From: Clostridiales bacterium
GTDB lineage: Bacteria; Bacillota; Clostridia; Christensenellales; SZUA-584
Assembly (NCBI GenBank): GCA_029265435.1
Contig: JAJUJH010000003.1
Location: 935-64,934 of the forward strand
Reading direction: 5' to 3'
Length of the DNA stretch: 64,000 bases
This document shows, piece after piece, positions 7,396 to 15,818 of this stretch; position 1 is the first letter of the stretch, and every line of letters starts with the position of its first letter. The position numbers and the translations under genes were made by a program. The notes under the pieces are model-generated. The model saw nothing but the letters and a program-made list of their open reading frames with translations. It was not told where the DNA came from and did not search any database.

Positions 7396-7566
7396 ATGCC
7401 GATCAAAATCAACTTTGCCTTTAAGGCAGAAACGAAAACTTGCCACCGTTTTGAAACCGGTGAGCGTCCGGATCAGATGACCATCTACCTGAAAAAGAAG
7501 ATCGTCGAAGAGGCCGGGATAAACCCCAAGAAAGGGATCACTATCACAGTGGAGGAGAGGTCATGA
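7396..7566 (+). CDS. Small hypothetical protein (56 aa)
   Basis: RBS GAGGGAGG. MPIKINFAFKAETKTCHRFETGERPDQMTIYLKKK... Its stop overlaps the next ATG. Confidence 0.5.
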   Translation: MPIKINFAFKAETKTCHRFETGERPDQMTIYLKKKIVEEAGINPKKGITITVEERS

Positions 7567-7958
7567 GCAACATCACGATTACCATTGAGGCTCCGGAACT
7601 TGCGGCGGCCATCAATAGCCTGGCTGACGCACTCCGGGGGGTACCTGCCGCAGCGGTGTACTCATCGCAGACGCCGGAGGCTCCAGTCGTCGGAGCTGCT
7701 CAGTATACGCCCGTAGCACCGGCGCCACCCGCGTCAGCAGCACCTGCGGTGCCGGGAACACCGACAGCACCCACGGTCGCCCCGACCTATACGTTGGAGC
7801 AGCTGGCCAGCGCGGCCACGCCGCTTATCGACGCCGGGCGCACGGCAGAGTTGAGCAGCCTGCTGGCCAGCTTCGGCGTTCAGGCTCTGACTCAACTGCC
7901 CAAAGAGCAGTATGGCGTATTTGCCACGGCGCTGCGCGGCATGGGAGCGAAGATATGA
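7563..7958 (+). CDS. Hypothetical protein with Ala/Pro-rich linker
   Basis: Translationally coupled upstream of the DUF2800 gene. Confidence 0.55.
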   Translation: MSNITITIEAPELAAAINSLADALRGVPAAAVYSSQTPEAPVVGAAQYTPVAPAPPASAAPAVPGTPTAPTVAPTYTLEQLASAATPLIDAGRTAELSSLLASFGVQALTQLPKEQYGVFATALRGMGAKI

Positions 7959-9106
7959 GCGCCCATGCCAAACTCTCGGCCAGCAAGGCAGAACGCTGGT
8001 TGAACTGCACGCCGTCGGCTTGCCTTGAGGAGCAGATCCCCGAGACCACCAGTGATTACGCCGAAGAGGGGCGGCTGGCTCACTCTATCGGCGAGCTCAA
8101 GCTGCGCAAGTATTTCACGCCGATGGGCCCGAAGAAATACGCCGGCGAGCTGAAAAAGTTGCAAAGCAACCCGCTGTATAACCCGGAGATGCTGGAGCAC
8201 ACTGACGCCTATCTGGAGTTCGTGCAGGCCAAGGCGCATTCGTTCAGCAGCCCGCCATACCTCGCCATAGAGCGCCGCCTCGACTATTCGCACGTTGCGC
8301 CGGAGGGCTTCGGTACAGGCGACTGCCTTATAATCGGAGGCTCGATGCTGTATGTGATCGACTTCAAGTACGGCAAAGGCGTGCCGGTGGAGGCAGAGCA
8401 AAACCCGCAGATGATGCTCTATGCTCTGGGAGCGCTCAAGGAGTACGCGATGCTGTACGCCATTGACACGGTACGCCTGTGCATCGTGCAGCCGCGGCTC
8501 GGCGAACCCAGCGAATGGGAAATCAGGGTCGCGGATCTGCTGGCGTGGGCGGAGAGCATCAAGCCTCGGGCGCAGATGGCGTATGAAGGCAAGGGCGAGT
8601 TCTGCGCAGGCGAATGGTGCCGGTTCTGCCGGGCAAAAGCCAGGTGCCGGGCGCGCACCAAAACGATGACGGCGCTGGAGGCGTTCGGCGGGATGAAGCC
8701 CCCGCTGATCAGCAACGACGAGGTCGGCGATATACTGCGCCGCGCCCAGATGCTCAAAGCATGGGTGACCGACATCGAAGAGTATGCCCTGTCGGCACTG
8801 CTGCAGGGCGAGACGATACCGGGCTGGAAGGCCGTTGAAGGCAGAAGCAACCGTCAATTTGTCGATACCGACGAAGCGTTCAAGGTGCTGATAGGAGCAG
8901 GATTTGACGAAGCGCTATTGTATGAACGCAAACCGATCGCACTGACAGCCGTTGAAAAATTAACCGGTAAAACCAAATTCGCCGAGATACTTGCACCGTA
9001 TGTCATTAAACCACCCGGCAAACCGACACTTGCACCCGAAACCGACAAACGTGAAGCCGTAACACTCAACCCGACAGCCAAAGAAGCATTCAGCAAAGCG
9101 TCCTAA
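7955..9106 (+). CDS. DUF2800-type PD-(D/E)xK (Cas4-like) nuclease
   Basis: N-terminal KLSASKAERWLNCTPS, a D...DFKYGKG core and a C-terminal Cys cluster CAGEWCRFCRAKARC. Confidence 0.8.
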   Translation: MSAHAKLSASKAERWLNCTPSACLEEQIPETTSDYAEEGRLAHSIGELKLRKYFTPMGPKKYAGELKKLQSNPLYNPEMLEHTDAYLEFVQAKAHSFSSPPYLAIERRLDYSHVAPEGFGTGDCLIIGGSMLYVIDFKYGKGVPVEAEQNPQMMLYALGALKEYAMLYAIDTVRLCIVQPRLGEPSEWEIRVADLLAWAESIKPRAQMAYEGKGEFCAGEWCRFCRAKARCRARTKTMTALEAFGGMKPPLISNDEVGDILRRAQMLKAWVTDIEEYALSALLQGETIPGWKAVEGRSNRQFVDTDEAFKVLIGAGFDEALLYERKPIALTAVEKLTGKTKFAEILAPYVIKPPGKPTLAPETDKREAVTLNPTAKEAFSKAS

Positions 9107-9131
9107 AAATAAAGAAAAGAGGTAAATTAAA

Positions 9132-9893
9132 ATGGCAAATGTTAAACCGACCGCAGTCACTACCGGAGAAGTGAGAATCAGCTATGAGCACCTGTTGAAG
9201 CCGCACGCCAACAGCACACAGCCCAATGCGGAGCCCAAGTACAGTGTGACGCTATTGATCCCAAAAAGCGACATCGCGACAAAACAGAGCATCGATGCGG
9301 CCATCCAGGCGGCCATCCAAGAAGGGATGACAACGAAATGGGGAGGTGTTAAACCCCCGCAGATCCCGATCCCCATCCATGATGGCGACGGCGTCAGACA
9401 GAACGGCGAGCCGTTCGGGGCCGAGTGCAAGGGGCATTGGGTGATGACGGCATCCAGCAAGAACCGGCCGGAAATCGTTGATATCAACGTGCAGCCGATA
9501 ATTAGCGCTACTGAAATCTACAGCGGTATGTATGCCCGGGTGCGCGTCAATTTCTTTGCGTACTTGAATGCGGGTAAGAAAGGCATAGGCTGCGGACTCG
9601 GTCCCGTCCAAAAGACGCGGGACGGTGAGCCGCTGGCCGGCGACGTGAGCGCGGAGGAGGCGTTTGGCGGCTTTGCGCCGCCGCAGACAGCCCCGGGATA
9701 CTCTCAGCCTATGTATCCGCAGCAGCCGACTCCGCCGTGGCACACACTCGCTTATCCGGCAACGCCTGCAACTCCGGCATATCCGCAGCAGCCGCCCGCG
9801 CCGTTTCCAGGAGCCGCTCCGGCGAATCCAATGATCAACCCGCTCACGGGGCAGCCATACGCGCAAGCGGCCGGCAGCGTCCTGGGTATCTAA
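9132..9893 (+). CDS. DUF2815-type ssDNA-binding-like protein
   Basis: VRISYEHLLKPHA...PKYSVTLLIPK N-terminus and a Pro/Gln-rich tail. Follows DUF2800, the canonical neighbour. Confidence 0.75.
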   Translation: MANVKPTAVTTGEVRISYEHLLKPHANSTQPNAEPKYSVTLLIPKSDIATKQSIDAAIQAAIQEGMTTKWGGVKPPQIPIPIHDGDGVRQNGEPFGAECKGHWVMTASSKNRPEIVDINVQPIISATEIYSGMYARVRVNFFAYLNAGKKGIGCGLGPVQKTRDGEPLAGDVSAEEAFGGFAPPQTAPGYSQPMYPQQPTPPWHTLAYPATPATPAYPQQPPAPFPGAAPANPMINPLTGQPYAQAAGSVLGI

Positions 9894-9917
9894 TTCCGCT
9901 TATAGCAGGGGTGCGAA

Positions 9918-11906
9918 ATGGTCGATCTCTTTATCGACATTGAAACATACAGCAGCATAGAACTCAAGAAGTCGGGCCTGTATCGCTATGTACAGGCCCC
10001 CGACTTCGAGATATTGTTGTTCGCGTACAGCTTCAACGGCGCGCCGGTACAGTTCGTCGATCTCGCCCAGGGCGAACAGCTGCCGCTGGAAGTTGTCTCT
10101 GCGATGAATAACCCGAATGTGCTCAAACATGCCTACAACGCCTCATTTGAATGGTACTGCCTGTCCAAGTATTTCGGTTACATGCTGCCATTGGACCAGT
10201 GGCGCTGCACGATGCTGCACGGCCTGTATTGCGGCTATACGGCAGGCCTGGAGGCCACCGGTGAGGCGCTGGGGCTGCCGCAGGATAAGCGGAAGCTGTC
10301 CACAGGCGCGGCGCTCATTCGCACATTCTGCGTACCATGCAAACCAACAAAGAGCAACGGCCACCGTACCCGGACACTACCGCATCACGAGCCGGAGAAG
10401 TGGGACCTGTTCAAGGAATACTGTACGCAGGACGTCCGAACGGAGATAGAGATCGAGCGGCGGCTGTCGGCGTTTCCGGTGCCCGAGAACGAGCAGAAGC
10501 TTTGGGAGTTGGATCAGGTGATCAACGCCCGCGGCGTCCGCGTAGATCGGGATCTGATCGACAGTGCACTGGCTCTGGACGAGACGATCACACACGAACT
10601 GACGGCGGAGGCGATCCGGCTCTCCGGGCTGGACAATCCCAAGAGCGTGCAGCAGCTGACACGCTGGCTCCAAGAACATATGGGTGAGGAGATCGCCGAC
10701 CTGCGCAAGGACACGGTTAAGGCGCTGCTCAAGAGCGATTTGGAGAGCGACGAAGCTCGGCGCATGCTGGAGGTCCGCCAGGAGCTGTCCAAAACGAGCA
10801 CCAAGAAATATGCCGCCATGTCCGAGGCGGTATGCGATGACGGGCGGGTGCGCGGCCTGCTGCAATTCTACGGCGCCAATAGGACAGGGCGCTGGGCGGG
10901 CCGGCTGGTGCAGGTGCAAAATCTCCCGCGCAATTATCTCGAGACTCTAGGACACGCACGAGAGTGCGTCCTTAGGCGCGAGCTCCAAGCCTTAAAGCTG
11001 ATATATAGCAATGTGCCGGACACACTCTCACAACTCATACGGACAGCGTTTGTACCGTCGGAAGGGCGTACGTTTATCGTAGCGGACTTCTCAGCCATCG
11101 AGGCGCGGGTTATCGCGTGGCTGGCCGGCGAGGAGTGGCGCAACGAAGTTTTCAGGACACACGGCAGGATATACGAAGCCTCAGCGTCCGCAATGTTCGG
11201 TGTACCTATTGAATTGATCAAAAAGGGTAATCCAGAGTATGCATTGCGGCAGAAAGGCAAGATTGCAGAGCTCGCGCTGGGTTATCAGGGCGGCGTAGGC
11301 GCTTTGATCACGATGGGCGCGCTTAATATGGGCCTGACCGTAGACGAACTACCTGAAATCGTCCAACGATGGCGTCAAGCCAATAAGCGCATAGTGGATC
11401 TGTGGTATGCCGTTGAGAATACCGCGCTATATACCGTACGCACCTGTCAGCCATCAGGTGTCAACGGGCTGCTGTTCGCCCGGGAGGGCGACTATCAAAA
11501 CAGCCAGGACTTCCTCACGATCACGCTGCCGTCAGGGCGTAAGCTGTATTACGTCAAACCGTTCCTCGCGCCGAATCAGTGGGGCAACGACAGCCTGCAT
11601 TACTACGGCATGGACCAGACCAGCAAGAAGTGGACCGAGCTCGATACCTACGGCGGCAAGCTGGTGGAGAACTGCGTGCAGGCTATCGCCCGGGACTGCC
11701 TGGCCGTGGCGATGCAGCGGCTATCGGCTGCTGGGTATGAGATTGTGATGCACATACACGACGAGGTCGTGCTTGACGTGGAAGCTGCGGATCCCGATTG
11801 GCACTTGCAAAATATCTGCCGCATTATGGGTGAGCCGATACCGTGGGCGCCCGGCCTGTTGCTGAGGGCGGATGGGTTTGTGACGGATTACTACAAGAAG
11901 GAGTGA
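9918..11906 (+). CDS. Family-A DNA polymerase with 3'-5' exonuclease domain
   Basis: DIETYS (Exo I) at the N-terminus. RQKGKIAELALGYQGG and HIHDEVV match Pol A motifs. Confidence 0.9.
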   Translation: MVDLFIDIETYSSIELKKSGLYRYVQAPDFEILLFAYSFNGAPVQFVDLAQGEQLPLEVVSAMNNPNVLKHAYNASFEWYCLSKYFGYMLPLDQWRCTMLHGLYCGYTAGLEATGEALGLPQDKRKLSTGAALIRTFCVPCKPTKSNGHRTRTLPHHEPEKWDLFKEYCTQDVRTEIEIERRLSAFPVPENEQKLWELDQVINARGVRVDRDLIDSALALDETITHELTAEAIRLSGLDNPKSVQQLTRWLQEHMGEEIADLRKDTVKALLKSDLESDEARRMLEVRQELSKTSTKKYAAMSEAVCDDGRVRGLLQFYGANRTGRWAGRLVQVQNLPRNYLETLGHARECVLRRELQALKLIYSNVPDTLSQLIRTAFVPSEGRTFIVADFSAIEARVIAWLAGEEWRNEVFRTHGRIYEASASAMFGVPIELIKKGNPEYALRQKGKIAELALGYQGGVGALITMGALNMGLTVDELPEIVQRWRQANKRIVDLWYAVENTALYTVRTCQPSGVNGLLFAREGDYQNSQDFLTITLPSGRKLYYVKPFLAPNQWGNDSLHYYGMDQTSKKWTELDTYGGKLVENCVQAIARDCLAVAMQRLSAAGYEIVMHIHDEVVLDVEAADPDWHLQNICRIMGEPIPWAPGLLLRADGFVTDYYKKE

Positions 11907-11911
11907 GGGGC

Positions 11912-12388
11912 ATGAAACCTATACTGGACGCATGTTGCGGTTCGCGAATGTTCTGGTTTGATAAATACAATCCAAACGTAGAATTTTGCGATAATCGCGT
12001 TGTGCCGTATCACGAGTATTATCCGCGTCGATATATTGAAATCAAACCTGATACAGTATGCGACTTCACGGCGCTGCCGTTCCCAGATAAGGCCTTCAAA
12101 TTGGTTGTTTTTGACCCTCCACACTTAACATCGGTGGGACAAAAGTCCTGGGTAAGGCTTAAATATGGACGTCTTGAAGAAAACTGGCCAGCCATGATAC
12201 ATGACGGATTCTGGGAGTGTATGAGGGTTCTCGATGATTACGGGACTTTGATTTTCAAATGGTCGGAAATACAGATAACTTTACGAGATGTACTAAAAGC
12301 GATCGGAGCAGAACCATTGTTTGGACATCGGAGCGGCAAAAACATGAACACGCATTGGTTGGCATTTATGAAATTCCGGGAGAAATAA
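11912..12388 (+). CDS. Small SAM-dependent DNA methyltransferase-like protein (orphan)
   Basis: LDACCGSRMFWF (motif I-like) and VVFDPPH (DPPH/DPPY-type motif IV). ATG 11912 after AAGGAG. No restriction partner nearby. Confidence 0.6.
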   Translation: MKPILDACCGSRMFWFDKYNPNVEFCDNRVVPYHEYYPRRYIEIKPDTVCDFTALPFPDKAFKLVVFDPPHLTSVGQKSWVRLKYGRLEENWPAMIHDGFWECMRVLDDYGTLIFKWSEIQITLRDVLKAIGAEPLFGHRSGKNMNTHWLAFMKFREK

Positions 12389-14787
12389 TGATGGCATACG
12401 ACAGACAAATAACCATTTCCGTAGGTAACAGCCGCAAAGCAACAAAATGGCCTGCGTCTACGCTATGGTGGTCGGAGCTGGTGGGACGCCTTCGGACGCC
12501 AATCAGGGGCGCCGAGACATTAGAGCAGTATCTCGCGATGCCCAAGAGCCGACAAGACGAACTCAAGGATGTGGGCGGATTCGTGGCCGGCGCACTCAAC
12601 GGTAACAGGCGCAAGGCCAGCGCTGTGGTGAGCCGCGACATACTGACGCTGGACATGGACAGCATTCCCGCGGGCGGCACAACAGACGTACTGCGCCGTC
12701 TGGAGGGCCTGGGCTGCGGATACTGTGTATATTCCACGCGCAAGCACCACGAGGCGGCTCCGCGGCTGCGTGTGCTGATACCGCTGTACCGGAGCTGCAC
12801 AGCGGACGAATATGAACCGGTTGCGCGCATGATGGCACAGCTGATCGGCATCAATATGTGCGACCCGTCCACGTTCGAAGCGTCTCGCCTGATGTACTGG
12901 CCGTCCTGCTGCGCCGACAGCCAATACGTCTACTACGCTGCAGACAAGCCCATGCTGGACGTGGACGGCGTGCTGGCGCGTTATACCAATTGGCACAACG
13001 TCGCCGAATGGCCGCAGGTCCCAGGCTCGGAGCAGCAGTATGTGAAGCTAGCGCAGAAGCAGGGCGACCCGCTGGAGAAGTCGGGCATCGTCGGCGCGTT
13101 CTGCAAGGTGTATGACATATACACCGCTATGGAAACTTGGCTGCCGGGCATCTACGAGCCGACAGATATCCCCGGCCGGTATACCTACACCGGCGGCAGC
13201 ACGACGGGCGGCGCAATTGTCTACGACGACGGCCGGTTCCTCTACAGCCACCACGCCACGGATCCGTGCAGTGGGCGCTTGGTCAATGCGTTTGACCTTG
13301 TGCGGCTGCATAAATTCGGCGACAAGGACGATGAAGCTGCACCCGGCACGCCCACCAACCGCTTACCGTCGTATACGGCCATGTGTCAGGCGGCTGTAGA
13401 GGACTCCCGCGTCAGCACGTTGCTCAATACGGAGCGGTATGAAAAGGCCACCGAGGCGTTCGGCGACATACCCGAGGCGGACGCGCAGAACGTCGAGGAT
13501 CTGATGGCAATGCTCCAGAAAAGCTACGCCACCGGCCTGCCGGCTAAGACAACTGACAACGTGCTGCTGATACTCGAGTATGACCCGTTGCTCAAAGGCA
13601 AGCTGGCATTCGATGAATTCGCCAACCGAGGGCTGGCGCTGGGCGCGCTGCCGTGGGACGGCCGCAACATCCGCCGGCAGTGGACGGACACCGACGATGC
13701 TGGGCTGAGGCATTATATCGAAAAGGTGTACTGGATCACCGGCAAGGAACGAATCATCGACGCCACACAGCTCTGCGCGTTCAAGCATCGCATCAACGAC
13801 GTGCAGGAATATCTCACGTCGCTAAAATGGGACGGCGTCAAACGGCTGGACACGCTGCTGATCGACTACCTCGGCGCCATGGACAACATATACACCCGCG
13901 CGGTGATCCGTAAGAGCCTCGCCGCGGCCGTAGCGCGCGCCATGGAGCCTGGCACCAAGTACGACTATATGCCTATACTTACGGGCCCGCAGGGCATCGG
14001 CAAGAGCACTCTGCTGCGCCTGCTCGGGCGGCGCTGGTACTCGGACAGCCTGGCTACCTTCGAGGGCAAGGAGGCCGCCGAGATGGTGCAGGGTTATTGG
14101 GTGCTGGAGCTGGGTGAGCTCAACGGCCTGTCACGCTCAGAGATCAACGCTGTCAAGCAGTTCCTGTCGCGCAACGAGGACATATACCGGGAGCCGTACG
14201 GACGGCGTACCAATCTGTTCCCGAGGCGCTGCGTGTTCTTCGGCACCACTAATGACGCTGAGTTCCTGCGTGACCGTACGGGCAATCGCCGGTTCTGGCC
14301 GGTGGATGTGGGGCTTCAGGACCCGACAAAGAGCGTATTTAAGCAGCTGGCCGACGAGGTTGACCAGATATGGGCGGAGGCCTTCATCGTATGGCAGATG
14401 GGCGAGCAGCTGTATTTGACCGGCAAGGCGGAGCAGATATCCATTACGGAGCAGGAGACACACAAGGAAAGCAATGCTAAGGAGGGCGTCATCAGAGAAT
14501 TTCTCGAAAAGCCTATTCCCGTGGATTGGGAAACCAGAGATATCGGCGCCCGGCGGCTGTACTGGTCAAGCGGCTTCTCGCAGCAGAACGTTCAAACGGC
14601 GGAACGTACGCGCACATGCGCGGCGGAAATATGGTGTGAGTGTTTTGGCGGCGATCTTAAATTTATGAAACGGTCCGACAGCGTGGAAATCAACAGCATT
14701 CTGGCCAGCCTTAGCGGCTGGAGGAAGCACAGCAGCACGCAGCGTTTTGGCCCATACGGGACGCAGAAAGGATTCGAAAAGCTGTAA
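12388..14787 (+). CDS. Primase-polymerase / VirE-family (P-loop) replicative helicase-primase
   Basis: ILTGPQGIGKSTLLRLLG Walker A, VFFGTTN and GNRRFWPV (VirE domain), with a primase-like N-terminus. TAATG overlap with the methyltransferase stop. Confidence 0.85.
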   Translation: MMAYDRQITISVGNSRKATKWPASTLWWSELVGRLRTPIRGAETLEQYLAMPKSRQDELKDVGGFVAGALNGNRRKASAVVSRDILTLDMDSIPAGGTTDVLRRLEGLGCGYCVYSTRKHHEAAPRLRVLIPLYRSCTADEYEPVARMMAQLIGINMCDPSTFEASRLMYWPSCCADSQYVYYAADKPMLDVDGVLARYTNWHNVAEWPQVPGSEQQYVKLAQKQGDPLEKSGIVGAFCKVYDIYTAMETWLPGIYEPTDIPGRYTYTGGSTTGGAIVYDDGRFLYSHHATDPCSGRLVNAFDLVRLHKFGDKDDEAAPGTPTNRLPSYTAMCQAAVEDSRVSTLLNTERYEKATEAFGDIPEADAQNVEDLMAMLQKSYATGLPAKTTDNVLLILEYDPLLKGKLAFDEFANRGLALGALPWDGRNIRRQWTDTDDAGLRHYIEKVYWITGKERIIDATQLCAFKHRINDVQEYLTSLKWDGVKRLDTLLIDYLGAMDNIYTRAVIRKSLAAAVARAMEPGTKYDYMPILTGPQGIGKSTLLRLLGRRWYSDSLATFEGKEAAEMVQGYWVLELGELNGLSRSEINAVKQFLSRNEDIYREPYGRRTNLFPRRCVFFGTTNDAEFLRDRTGNRRFWPVDVGLQDPTKSVFKQLADEVDQIWAEAFIVWQMGEQLYLTGKAEQISITEQETHKESNAKEGVIREFLEKPIPVDWETRDIGARRLYWSSGFSQQNVQTAERTRTCAAEIWCECFGGDLKFMKRSDSVEINSILASLSGWRKHSSTQRFGPYGTQKGFEKL

Positions 14788-15047
14788 ACCAACTTTGTAA
14801 ACCTTGTAAACCAACTCGGAAGAAAGTTTACAAGCCATGTAAACCTTGTAAACCAAAAATGACTGAAAGTTTACATGTAAAGTTTACGTGAAAAACCGCA
14901 TGAATATTGGATAAAACCCTATTTGTAAACCTTGTAAACCAACTTTTACATAGGAGCAAAAAATAGAGAAATAGAGAGTATATAATACACCTAACACGCC
15001 TAAACGCGTTATACGCGCACGCGCGCGAGAAAGTTTACAAGTTTACA
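14783..15047. repeat. Iteron field / putative phage replication origin
   Basis: TGTAAACC at 14783, 14796, 14805, 14838, 14847, 14924 and 14933. Inverted GTTTAC(A) at 14826, 14869, 14882, 15033 and 15041. AT-rich block 14950-14990. CG-alternating tract 15013-15028. Non-coding. Confidence 0.6.
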
Positions 15048-15072
15048 AAGCAATTTGAGGGAGGATTGAGCC

Positions 15073-15357
15073 GTGAGGGAATCGGTAATCGAAAGCTATC
15101 TGAGGGACGAAGTGAAGAAGGCCGGTGGCCGGGCGTACAAGTTTATCTCGCCGGGCAACAACGGTGTGCCGGATAGACTGGTGTGCCTGCCGGGCGGATG
15201 CGTGGCATTCGTGGAGACTAAAGCACCAGGTCGCAAGTCCACGGAGCTGCAGAAAGTGCAGCAGCGGCGTTTGCGGGAGCTGGGATTCCGGGTGTATGCC
15301 GAAGTCGACAGCAGGGAAAAAGTGGACGTCATCATTGGGGAGATGTTGCAAAGATGA
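15073..15357 (+). CDS. VRR-NUC domain nuclease
   Basis: GVPDRL...AFVETKAPG...LQ..Q is a PD..E.K-type VRR-NUC signature. GTG start after GGGAGG. Confidence 0.75.
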   Translation: MRESVIESYLRDEVKKAGGRAYKFISPGNNGVPDRLVCLPGGCVAFVETKAPGRKSTELQKVQQRRLRELGFRVYAEVDSREKVDVIIGEMLQR

Positions 15358-15818
15358 AAATGCTTTTAAAGTGTGATTGGTGCGGTGCACCCATGGAGAG
15401 ATATCCAAGCAAAATCAAAGCCAGAAATTTTTGCAGCCGTGAATGCTTCGGTAAATTCAGCAGCAAAACTACTAACCCAGAAGGCTACGGGTATAGGAGT
15501 TTTGAGAAGAACTCAAAACGGATGGCTGAAATGAACCGTCAACTTAATCCCGGAAGAATGACGCCAGCAACCCGGAGCAAACTGCGCAAAGCCCGTTTTG
15601 GTACTGGCGAAGGAAAATCGTATGTAAAACAATACGGCCGCCACGAACACCGGGTAGTTGCCGAACGGATACTAGGTCGGTCACTTAAGCCGGGTGAAGT
15701 CGTCCATCACATTGACGGTAATAAGAGAAACAACAGCCCGGAGAACTTAATGATTTTTGAGAACCAGGCGCAACATGCTACGTGGCATCAGATGCACAAA
15801 GGAGGTGATGCCGTATGA
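15354..15818 (+). CDS. Free-standing HNH endonuclease
   Basis: VVHHIDGNKRNNSPENL...H HNH core plus an N-terminal CDWCG...C..C zinc module. 4-nt overlaps with both neighbours. Confidence 0.85.
   Translation: MKMLLKCDWCGAPMERYPSKIKARNFCSRECFGKFSSKTTNPEGYGYRSFEKNSKRMAEMNRQLNPGRMTPATRSKLRKARFGTGEGKSYVKQYGRHEHRVVAERILGRSLKPGEVVHHIDGNKRNNSPENLMIFENQAQHATWHQMHKGGDAV

Noticed and set aside
7892-8857. 321-aa minus-strand ORF, and similar long antisense ORFs at 5750-6226, 6506-7102, 9252-9866, 10377-10919, 13363-13788, 16529-17158, 21462-21953 and 22420-22929.
   Set aside because: They lie opposite genes with clear family motifs. They are Arg/Ala/Pro/His-rich with no RBS, as expected for shadow frames in GC-rich coding DNA.
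14783-15050. Possible CRISPR array, because of the many short repeats.
   Set aside because: The repeat units are only 7-19 bp, occur in both orientations, sit directly adjacent or irregularly spaced without unique spacers of regular length, and have no cas genes nearby. Iterons are the better explanation.
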